Shown: in pieces, positions 46,094 through 53,717 of the stretch
How positions within the stretch are numbered: position 1 is the first letter of the stretch
Layout: the number at the start of each line of letters is the position of its first letter
Virus record (IMG/VR): IMGVR_UViG_3300028584_001240
DNA from: a virus
Lineage: Duplodnaviria; Heunggongvirae; Uroviricota; Caudoviricetes
DNA length: 64,000 nt
Reading direction: 5' to 3' (one strand)
The notes under the pieces: model-generated
Seen by the model: only the letters and a program-made list of their open reading frames with translations
Told to the model about the DNA's origin: nothing
Databases searched by the model: none
Program-made: the position numbers and the translations under genes

Positions 46094-46148
46094 TGCCTAA
46101 AATAAATGATTAACACAAACACAAACTAAACTATCAAGGGGAAATAAA

Positions 46149-47327
46149 ATGAACGACAAATTAAATGAAGAAAAGAGATACATGAAAGTCGCCAAAGAAA
46201 TGAACTTATTCATGTTGGCTGAAAGTGCAGGTGTTGTTTACTGGAAACCAGAAGGGCTTAAATTGTATGAGAATTTAAAATCTTTTATTCGTAAACACCA
46301 TGAAGACGCTGGTTATCTTGAAGTCAAGAGTCCATCCATTGTGGTGCCTAGCTTATTTGAGCAGTCTGGTCATATGGATAAATACAAAGATAACATGTTC
46401 TTTCTCAATTCATCAGAAGCCAGTAACTACGCTCTCCGTCCTATGAGCTGTCCCAACCATATCCTAATCTATCAATCAGAAAAAAGAAGCTACCGTGAAC
46501 TCCCATTACCAATATTTGAGTTTGGTGAGGTGTTTCGTAATGAAGCGTCTGGTGCATTACAAGTGTTATTCAGACAAAGACAATTCTGTCAGGATGATAG
46601 TCATGTGTTTGTGAATGAAGAAAATCTAATCAGTTCGGTCAATCAATACATACAGATGAGCCAAAAAGCGTATGAAGAACTCGGATTCAAAAAGATTAAA
46701 TACGCCATTGCGTTACGTCCAGAAAAAAGATTTGGTGATGACATCTTATGGGATAAAGCCGAAGAAGCCTTGCGAGAAGCCTGCAGAATGAATAATCTTG
46801 ATTTCGTAGAAAACGAAAATGACGGGGCTTTCTATGGCCCGAAACTAGAACTCCAAGTAGAAGACAAACTCGGCAGATCATGGCAATTAGGTGTGATACA
46901 GCTTGATTATGTTCTTCCAGAACGTTTTGGACTTGAATACATTGATGCCGATAACAAACCTAAGCGTCCTATTATTCTCCACCATGCCGTATTAGGTTCA
47001 CTTGAACGCATGATAGGGATCTTGTTGGAGTCCTTTGGTAAAGACATACCTGACTTCTTACACCCTATGAAATCAGTGGTTATTCCAGTATCCGAAAAAT
47101 CTATGGAGTATGCAAAGGTCGTATTCTCTCATATGGATAAGAAATCATCTAAACTGGATCAAAGTGCTGATTCATTAGGTAAGAAGATTCGATACTGGAA
47201 AGAACGTGGTGTTCCTGAGATCATTGTAGTCGGTGAAGCTGAACAAAGTAAATATGACAATGAAGGTGTGATTAGTTTTGTCGTCAATCTTGGTGCTGTC
47301 AAAGAAGTCAGAGAAATTAAGCCATAA
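46149..47327 (+). CDS. thrS: Threonyl-tRNA synthetase, catalytic plus anticodon-binding domains only (no N-terminal TGS/editing domains)
   Basis: 392 aa. Aligns by eye with E. coli ThrRS from about residue 242 to the end: RPMSCPNH, YRELPLPIFEFGEVFRNEASGAL..FRQRQFCQDDSHVF, GAFYGPKLE, ILHHAVLGSLERMIGILLE. The Zn ligands (Cys, His, His) are conserved. Confidence 0.93.
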   Translation: MNDKLNEEKRYMKVAKEMNLFMLAESAGVVYWKPEGLKLYENLKSFIRKHHEDAGYLEVKSPSIVVPSLFEQSGHMDKYKDNMFFLNSSEASNYALRPMSCPNHILIYQSEKRSYRELPLPIFEFGEVFRNEASGALQVLFRQRQFCQDDSHVFVNEENLISSVNQYIQMSQKAYEELGFKKIKYAIALRPEKRFGDDILWDKAEEALREACRMNNLDFVENENDGAFYGPKLELQVEDKLGRSWQLGVIQLDYVLPERFGLEYIDADNKPKRPIILHHAVLGSLERMIGILLESFGKDIPDFLHPMKSVVIPVSEKSMEYAKVVFSHMDKKSSKLDQSADSLGKKIRYWKERGVPEIIVVGEAEQSKYDNEGVISFVVNLGAVKEVREIKP

Positions 47328-47348
47328 CAATCAACACCACTGAGAATT

Positions 47349-47370
47349 AAAGAGGCTTCGGCCTCTTTTT
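47349..47370. terminator. Bidirectional terminator
   Basis: AAAGAGGCttcgGCCTCTTTtt. Confidence 0.85.
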
Positions 47371-47991
47371 CTATTGATAAAACATAATAACGGCTTTCTT
47401 TTCATCCTCAGACATCTCAGTAACAGTCTTGTCAAGAATGTGTTTAAAATAAGCCTCTCTGAAGGTTTCATTGATAACTCTTATTTGTTCATTGACATTT
47501 TGAAGTTGAGTGTGATTAAATTCAAGTTGAATGTATCCTGTTGGCGTTTGCATCGTCAAGTAAGGTAATGCGAGCGGCTTACTATTGTCAGGTCTAAAAT
47601 AAAATACATTGCTATAATAAAAACTTTTTGTCTCTAATGTATATTTCTCTGGATGTCTTTTATGCTTTTCAATGAGACGAACATTTTCCAAGAAAGTTAA
47701 AAAGAGTTTTCTAGTCTGAATGTGTTCAGAGTAATCAATAACTAAATTATTCTCAGTTATCGCTTTTGAATTAAATTTAACAGTGTTCATGAAAAACATG
47801 TCATATTGATCTATCGTATCTTTATCAAGATGGAAGAAAGCTTCACCCACAATAATAAAGTTATTTTCACTGAGTGCTTTATCAAATGCTATTTTATTAG
47901 AATGTCTATATATTTCACCTTCACAATGTGTGTAAGTGTGTTTTTGATTATCTAATTTATCTCTTAAAAAACGTTTAAAATCCTTAATCAT
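47371..47991 (-). CDS. Tail-motif paralogue family member (sub-cluster B, 4 of 4)
   Basis: 206 aa. Ends ..MSEDEKKAVIMFYQ. Confidence 0.8.
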   Translation of the reverse strand: MIKDFKRFLRDKLDNQKHTYTHCEGEIYRHSNKIAFDKALSENNFIIVGEAFFHLDKDTIDQYDMFFMNTVKFNSKAITENNLVIDYSEHIQTRKLFLTFLENVRLIEKHKRHPEKYTLETKSFYYSNVFYFRPDNSKPLALPYLTMQTPTGYIQLEFNHTQLQNVNEQIRVINETFREAYFKHILDKTVTEMSEDEKKAVIMFYQ

Positions 47992-48000
47992 AAAAAGCCC

Positions 48001-48669
48001 TCAATAGTAATACATCTTAACAATTTGCTTTTCTGATTTAGTAAGCTTCTCTGTCGTGTCCTTTTTGTCAATAAGTTGTGAATAGTACCTAATAAAAAAT
48101 TCATTGTCAATCATTTTAACGGCATTCTCAAAACTATATTCATTGTTTTTTACAATAATATAAAGTTCTGGAAATTCTTTATACTTTTTAAATTTTAAAA
48201 CGATTTTTTGATAGATATTTCCATGTAACGAATGGTAAACATACACTGGATAGATTTCAATATGATCAAGGTTAGCATACACTGGGTTTTTCTTTTTATT
48301 TATTTCATCGCCTTTATTGATAAGACGAAGATGATTTGTAATCACCTTAAAAAATTTTTTAGCATGATAATTATCAACATTCTCAAAATAGACCTTTCTA
48401 GGCGATTCTTTTTTTGATAATAGATTAGGTTTAATGTCGAAAGAGCACTCATGCTCTGAGTCATGTTGGAAATAAGTCAGATTACCAATAGCATAAAATC
48501 TATCATAACCTGATCTTATTTTCGGTGTGCCATCTGGATTTACCGCTTCCTGAACAATAGTGTAACCAGAAGATATTTGATATCTATAATTAATATTACT
48601 GACGGAATGCTTTAAATAGTAATTAAAGGACGCCATATTGTCAGGTAAATCGAATTTTCCTATATCCAT
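48001..48669 (-). CDS. Tail-motif paralogue family member (sub-cluster B, 3 of 4)
   Basis: 222 aa. Ends ..LTKSEKQIVKMYYY. Confidence 0.8.
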   Translation of the reverse strand: MDIGKFDLPDNMASFNYYLKHSVSNINYRYQISSGYTIVQEAVNPDGTPKIRSGYDRFYAIGNLTYFQHDSEHECSFDIKPNLLSKKESPRKVYFENVDNYHAKKFFKVITNHLRLINKGDEINKKKNPVYANLDHIEIYPVYVYHSLHGNIYQKIVLKFKKYKEFPELYIIVKNNEYSFENAVKMIDNEFFIRYYSQLIDKKDTTEKLTKSEKQIVKMYYY

Positions 48670-48673
48670 AATA

Positions 48674-49375
48674 TTAATAGTAAACCATTTTAATCAACTC
48701 TTGTTCTTTTTTGTTAAAGAATTTGCCACGCTCAATTTTTTCACGATCAACAATACCATTATAATAACGTGTTTGAAATGTTTTTTCCATATCATCAATA
48801 GCGGCTAAAAATTTGTTGTCATCATTTAAAATAACAATTTTATGTTCTGGGTAGCCATTGCTTGCTTTAAATTTAAGGAGAGCACATTTACTAACGATTT
48901 GACTAATACGATCATATCTGTAGAAGCACCTAACCATAAGCGATTTTGAATCAAAATTAATAAGTTCACGTTTTTTATGCAAAAGAGTAGCTTCATTTAA
49001 AAGTTTAAGGTGCCGTTTTAATCTCACCCAAAATTCATCAACATGAAACCTATAAACATAATCAAATTTAATAGGTTTACCTGTATCATCTTTTGAAGTG
49101 AGCAGTGTAAAAGAGACTTCGAAATCAGAATCCCAATTACATTCACGACCATTAACAATACTGGCAACCTGATAAAATTTATCATAATACCGAATATGAC
49201 CACTGCCCCAACCAGAAGTTTCATAGACTCTAATTCTATGACCATCAGTCGTTAAGGGATAACGATGAACATAAATGGAATCATCACCATACTCATATTC
49301 GGCATTTGAAAATTTCGAAGAAAAGTATTTTGCAAGTTCAGTCGCTTTATTAATTTCAGTGGAAGGCATAAACAT
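48674..49375 (-). CDS. Tail-motif paralogue family member (sub-cluster B, 2 of 4)
   Basis: Ends ..FNKKEQELIKMVYY. Start moved from TTG 49414 to ATG 49375 (MFMPSTEINK..). HRYPLTTDGHRI matches CRYPLDKEGNRI of the next gene. Confidence 0.75.
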   Translation of the reverse strand: MFMPSTEINKATELAKYFSSKFSNAEYEYGDDSIYVHRYPLTTDGHRIRVYETSGWGSGHIRYYDKFYQVASIVNGRECNWDSDFEVSFTLLTSKDDTGKPIKFDYVYRFHVDEFWVRLKRHLKLLNEATLLHKKRELINFDSKSLMVRCFYRYDRISQIVSKCALLKFKASNGYPEHKIVILNDDNKFLAAIDDMEKTFQTRYYNGIVDREKIERGKFFNKKEQELIKMVYY

Positions 49376-49410
49376 AATAAGAGAACCTTTTTTTAATTTA
49401 AGTAAGTGTA

Positions 49411-50142
49411 TCAATAATAGGTCATTTTTACAAGTTCTTTTAAACGTTCATCCCATTTTGAAATATCCAATAGAGCATAAACATCATCAAAACTCATATT
49501 AGGATAAGCTTCTTTTATTTTGTCTTTGTAATACAGTTTAAAAAACTCAATGTCCATATTTTTTAACGTATTCTGTGTAGTTAACATATTATCCGTTACA
49601 TAGTAGACTGGAAGGATTTCACTAGATGATTTGTTACTTTTCATAAACTGAACAGCTAGAGTTCTTGAAATTTTTTTATTAAGCTGATCATATTTGAAAT
49701 TAAATTTAATTGAAAAGTCGTTGCAGACAATAAATTGATAATCGTCAGAAATATTTTTTTGATTGAGAAGTGTTAAGTGTTGATTAGTATGTTGCATAAA
49801 CAAATCAATCATTGGTGAAGATAAATCACCAAAACGTTCAGAATAAATATCATCGTATTTAGAAGATAATTCAAAAAAAAGTGAACTTGGTGTGTCACCT
49901 TTACCAACATGAGCAATAGTTTCCGACTTAGCGGCTGTGCCACCATACATTCCATAAGTAAAAGGAGCTTCTTTAAGTGCTTCAATAATCCGATTACCCT
50001 CTTTATCTAATGGATAACGACAGATTCCAATTGGATTAGTACCATACTCGTAGTGTTCATTTGTAAAGTTGTTTACAAAATAATCAAGGAATCCATACAA
50101 GGGAAACTGTTTCTTTTTTTCTTCATCAATGACTTCATTCAT
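49411..50142 (-). CDS. Tail-motif paralogue family member (sub-cluster B, 1 of 4)
   Basis: 243 aa. Ends ..WDERLKELVKMTYY. Confidence 0.8.
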   Translation of the reverse strand: MNEVIDEEKKKQFPLYGFLDYFVNNFTNEHYEYGTNPIGICRYPLDKEGNRIIEALKEAPFTYGMYGGTAAKSETIAHVGKGDTPSSLFFELSSKYDDIYSERFGDLSSPMIDLFMQHTNQHLTLLNQKNISDDYQFIVCNDFSIKFNFKYDQLNKKISRTLAVQFMKSNKSSSEILPVYYVTDNMLTTQNTLKNMDIEFFKLYYKDKIKEAYPNMSFDDVYALLDISKWDERLKELVKMTYY

Positions 50143-50164
50143 AGTCGTTCCTTAATTTCGAATG

Positions 50165-50190
50165 CAAAAACGGATGGCCGAAGCCATCCG
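50165..50190 (-). terminator. Rho-independent terminator after the BI-1-like gene
   Basis: Minus strand: CGGATGGCttcgGCCATCCGttttt. Confidence 0.85.
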
Positions 50191-50208
50191 TAAACAGTAA
50201 ACATTTTA

Positions 50209-50859
50209 TCAATCTTTCTTGCCCATAATACTGAGGATTCGCAAGAACAAGTTGATGATGTCCATATACAGTGCAGCGGCTGAGTCTACGGCGTTATCGA
50301 CAGTTTTAGGAAGTGCCGAAGCTTTACCCCAGTCGTAACCGATATAACCACAGAAGATAGCAGCAATAATCCAGTCCATAATGCCCAAGTCCATTTTAAA
50401 CACAAAGGTCAAAATCAATTCAGCAATAATAGATGCCAGCAAACCCCAAAACAGACCTGATGCAATACTCTCAAAGAACTTAGGATAGGCAGTGCCCAAC
50501 ACCATCATAATACACGTTACCACCGTTGTAACCTGCATGGCATTGATAACCAGCTCAGGTGAATACTGTGATGTTACCATATTCACAATCAAACCAAATG
50601 GCACTGCCACAAAGTTAAAACCTATAAAGCTGACAAGAGCGTTATCAGATTTAGTAAACAAATAAATACCAAACAAGCAGCTTGCAAAATAACCAATCAA
50701 GAAAACCCAAATATTAATGGACAACAGACTGGCTACTGGAATGGTTTTAACGATAAAGACGTTCATCAAAAAACCATACAGCAATACAGCACCAATGATA
50801 AAATTATACAATCGTGTAGAAATTGTATTTTCCGAAGCATAAGCCGTAGATGTTTTCAT
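50209..50859 (-). CDS. Bax-inhibitor-1 / YccA-family membrane protein
   Basis: 216 aa, about 7 TM segments. The C-terminal AAALYMDIINLFLRILSIMG is the characteristic BI-1/YccA signature. Confidence 0.8.
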   Translation of the reverse strand: MKTSTAYASENTISTRLYNFIIGAVLLYGFLMNVFIVKTIPVASLLSINIWVFLIGYFASCLFGIYLFTKSDNALVSFIGFNFVAVPFGLIVNMVTSQYSPELVINAMQVTTVVTCIMMVLGTAYPKFFESIASGLFWGLLASIIAELILTFVFKMDLGIMDWIIAAIFCGYIGYDWGKASALPKTVDNAVDSAAALYMDIINLFLRILSIMGKKD

Positions 50860-50928
50860 TTATTTTAAAACTCCAAGTAGTTAATGTTAAGGCCATATTA
50901 TAGCAAAAATCAGACATATTTACAACAA

Positions 50929-51489
50929 TTAAATGCAAATCATGCGAATAACTTCACGTTCTTCTGGTGTCATGCTTGCTAAGGGTTTAATCAATTCTTC
51001 TGGAATAGGTTGACCAAAATAGCTAATGTAATAATCTAACACTTTTCTTTCCATTTCTTCAATATTACTGTCATTTACTTCAAAAAGAGACATGTGATAA
51101 TCACCATATTCAAGCTCGTTAAATTCAAAGAGATGAACCTTTTGAATATGCCCAGATAAATTGATAAAATAATAAGCATACTCATTATAACATTCATCAT
51201 ATTTTTCAGGATTGAAAAACTCATCATAATCTTTAATGATATTATATAGCTTGGACTCAAATGAATATTTTTCTTCAAGATAATTTAAAAAATCACTCCA
51301 ATTGTGATGATCTGGGTTAATGCCAAAAGCATGACCTTCATCCAATGTGATGTGATCAACTAGATTGTGTTCATGGACAAGCTTTGGCCGGGTCAATCTA
51401 AAAGATTTTTTAGTAATCCCTTTCGAGATAAGAAAATCTTTGACCTGTTCATAAATTGTGTCATAGGAAAACTCTTTGGTTTCAATCAT
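50929..51489 (-). CDS. Tail-motif paralogue family member (sub-cluster C, 3 of 3)
   Basis: Ends ..MTPEEREVIRMICI. Start moved from GTG 51498 to ATG 51489 (AAGGTG upstream). YSFESKLYNIIKDYDEFFN matches the next gene. Confidence 0.8.
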   Translation of the reverse strand: MIETKEFSYDTIYEQVKDFLISKGITKKSFRLTRPKLVHEHNLVDHITLDEGHAFGINPDHHNWSDFLNYLEEKYSFESKLYNIIKDYDEFFNPEKYDECYNEYAYYFINLSGHIQKVHLFEFNELEYGDYHMSLFEVNDSNIEEMERKVLDYYISYFGQPIPEELIKPLASMTPEEREVIRMICI

Positions 51490-51555
51490 CAATATCACCT
51501 TTAAAATAGATGAATCATTATAGCATTATAATAACAAAAAATCCACACAATCTAT

Positions 51556-52122
51556 CTAAATATGAATCATTTCAAGTAACGATATTTCTTCTTTTGATAA
51601 TTGACTTAATGGTCTTTTTAATTCTTCTGGTGTGTTGGCATTTCCAAAATACTGAAAATAGTAATCGAAAATTCTAGTTTCTAATGAGCGTAAATTAGTG
51701 TCATCAAATTCAAGAAACTTCATATAATCATTGCCCAACTCAATGTCAGTAAAGTCAAATGAATAAACTTTTCTCAGTCTTTGATCCATATCAAAAGCAT
51801 AATGACCATTAACATAATAACAGTCTTTTCTCGGATGCTTATTAAAAAAGTCATCATAAAAACCCAGTGTTTTTTCAAGGCGGCTCTCAAAAGAATAACG
51901 ATGGTCTAAATATTCAGCCAAAGGTTCACAAAAAGGATGGTTCCATTTGATTTTAAAACAATGCCCCATCGAAATAGTTTGATTATCAAAAATAATTTCA
52001 CGAGTCAGAATCTCTGGAATTGCTGCACAGAAGTCTTCCTTTTTGATAGAATTAATCAAACAAAAAGTTTGAAGAGATTCAAAGACAGTCTCATCAGTAA
52101 ACTTATAGGTTTCAATCGTCAT
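51556..52122 (-). CDS. Tail-motif paralogue family member (sub-cluster C, 2 of 3)
   Basis: 188 aa. Ends ..LSKEEISLLEMIHI. Contains YSFESRLEKTLGFYDDFFN. Confidence 0.8.
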   Translation of the reverse strand: MTIETYKFTDETVFESLQTFCLINSIKKEDFCAAIPEILTREIIFDNQTISMGHCFKIKWNHPFCEPLAEYLDHRYSFESRLEKTLGFYDDFFNKHPRKDCYYVNGHYAFDMDQRLRKVYSFDFTDIELGNDYMKFLEFDDTNLRSLETRIFDYYFQYFGNANTPEELKRPLSQLSKEEISLLEMIHI

Positions 52123-52137
52123 ATAAAACTCCTAGAA

Positions 52138-52758
52138 TCAAAACACATACATCAAAAATACTTTATATTCCTCTGGTGTCATCTTAGTAATAGGTTTTCT
52201 AAGTTCATCAGGTAAATCCGGCATATAACGAATATACGCTCTATTAAAGAATTCCTCAATCATTTCATAGTAAAGCGTATCATCCATGCCTTCATACATA
52301 ATAATTTCAACACCATCATCGTCTTCATTACAACAATCCGTCAATCTAAGCGTTCTAGCCACTTTAAGCAATCCATTTTTATCAAAATAAAAAGCTTCTT
52401 CATAATCATCAAATGGGTCGTCTTGAACATTAAGACTATTAGCAATTTGGTAAATTTTATCCATAATAGGAAAATGGATATCACCATCATTATTCTGTGT
52501 GCAATGTGCGGCTGCTAATTGAGTTAGCTTACGTTCACAGCTTTCAAGTTGCCAAAAAATAGTGAAACAATCCACCGAAATTTTACTGTATTCACAATAG
52601 TTATTATAGGTGGCAACATTCCCCATCACTTCATCAGTGGTATAGACCTTACCGTCTTTAGTAAATGTAATAGTATCTATAAATTTCCTAATATCATCAA
52701 TTGTGTATTCTTTTGAGATTTTAGGGTAGTTAGTATATTGATAAAAGTCGTGTTTCAT
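52138..52758 (-). CDS. Tail-motif paralogue family member (sub-cluster C, 1 of 3)
   Basis: 206 aa. Ends ..MTPEEYKVFLMYVF. Confidence 0.8.
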   Translation of the reverse strand: MKHDFYQYTNYPKISKEYTIDDIRKFIDTITFTKDGKVYTTDEVMGNVATYNNYCEYSKISVDCFTIFWQLESCERKLTQLAAAHCTQNNDGDIHFPIMDKIYQIANSLNVQDDPFDDYEEAFYFDKNGLLKVARTLRLTDCCNEDDDGVEIIMYEGMDDTLYYEMIEEFFNRAYIRYMPDLPDELRKPITKMTPEEYKVFLMYVF

Positions 52759-53618
52759 ATTGTCTCCATCATTAATAAAGCAAGATAACGATCACGCATC
52801 TCAGTATTAGACAAATCAATCTGGTCTTTTTTCAACCCGTAACGTTGCTTAATGATAGGAAGAAGCCTACTGATAAATTGTGCTTCCATGATTTCAGGCA
52901 ATTGGTCTTTATTAATAGGTCGAGACATCGAAATAAGGTCTTCATAAGATCGAGCCGCAAACACTTGTCTAGTAGTATACACTGTATCAGCATAAACATC
53001 CACAATAAAACTGGCCGCATAGTCTTGGTCAAACCAAGTATCTACAATAAATATGGGTTTAAGGTTGTTGTGTTGATCAATATAAAAATGAAGTTGACTT
53101 TTAATCAAAGAAACCTTTATATGGCTGTATCGTTTATTTTTTTTGTAAGCCTGATTAAATTTTAATTGGGCAATGTTACAACGGCAACATACATCATCTT
53201 GGGCATATTTAGATTTAAAAGAAATATAAGCCACAGGATTTGCAGCTACTGTTTCAAAATCATTCTGCACAATAGACAATATGCCAGATGAAGACATATT
53301 TTTAGCAACATCAATATAAGCTTTTAATACATTGTCAACAGTTTCTCTTTTGATGTTAAAGGCTTTGCAGAAAGTGTGTTCAAACTCATTACGATCTTCT
53401 TTTACAAAGTGATCGACTTTAAAGATTGCACGATTTTTATGAATAAAAACATTAAAGTGACTGTCTGTATTAGTGATTTTAAATTCAAACTGTCCAAAAG
53501 TGCCGGGAACACTTCCGCCTTCTGATGGCGTGTTGATAGCTACATGGGAACTGAGAGCTTGATGTATGTGATCAGCAAAAATTTCTTCTGGCCGTAGACT
53601 GTTTGTAATAGATTGCAT
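52755..53618 (-). CDS. Tail-motif paralogue family member
   Basis: 287 aa. Ends ..EMRDRYLALLMMETI. ATGA overlap with the downstream gene. Confidence 0.8.
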   Translation of the reverse strand: MQSITNSLRPEEIFADHIHQALSSHVAINTPSEGGSVPGTFGQFEFKITNTDSHFNVFIHKNRAIFKVDHFVKEDRNEFEHTFCKAFNIKRETVDNVLKAYIDVAKNMSSSGILSIVQNDFETVAANPVAYISFKSKYAQDDVCCRCNIAQLKFNQAYKKNKRYSHIKVSLIKSQLHFYIDQHNNLKPIFIVDTWFDQDYAASFIVDVYADTVYTTRQVFAARSYEDLISMSRPINKDQLPEIMEAQFISRLLPIIKQRYGLKKDQIDLSNTEMRDRYLALLMMETI

Positions 53619-53674
53619 AACATCTCCCCAATAATAAGCTTTATTATAGCAAAAAAATAAAGGAGACGCAAGAT

Positions 53675-53706
53675 GAAAAAAACCAACACGAATGTTGGTT
53701 TTTTAT
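53675..53706. terminator. Rho-independent terminator
   Basis: aaaaaaAACCAACAcgaaTGTTGGTTttttt. Confidence 0.85.
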
Positions 53707-53717
53707 TTTAAAGTTTA

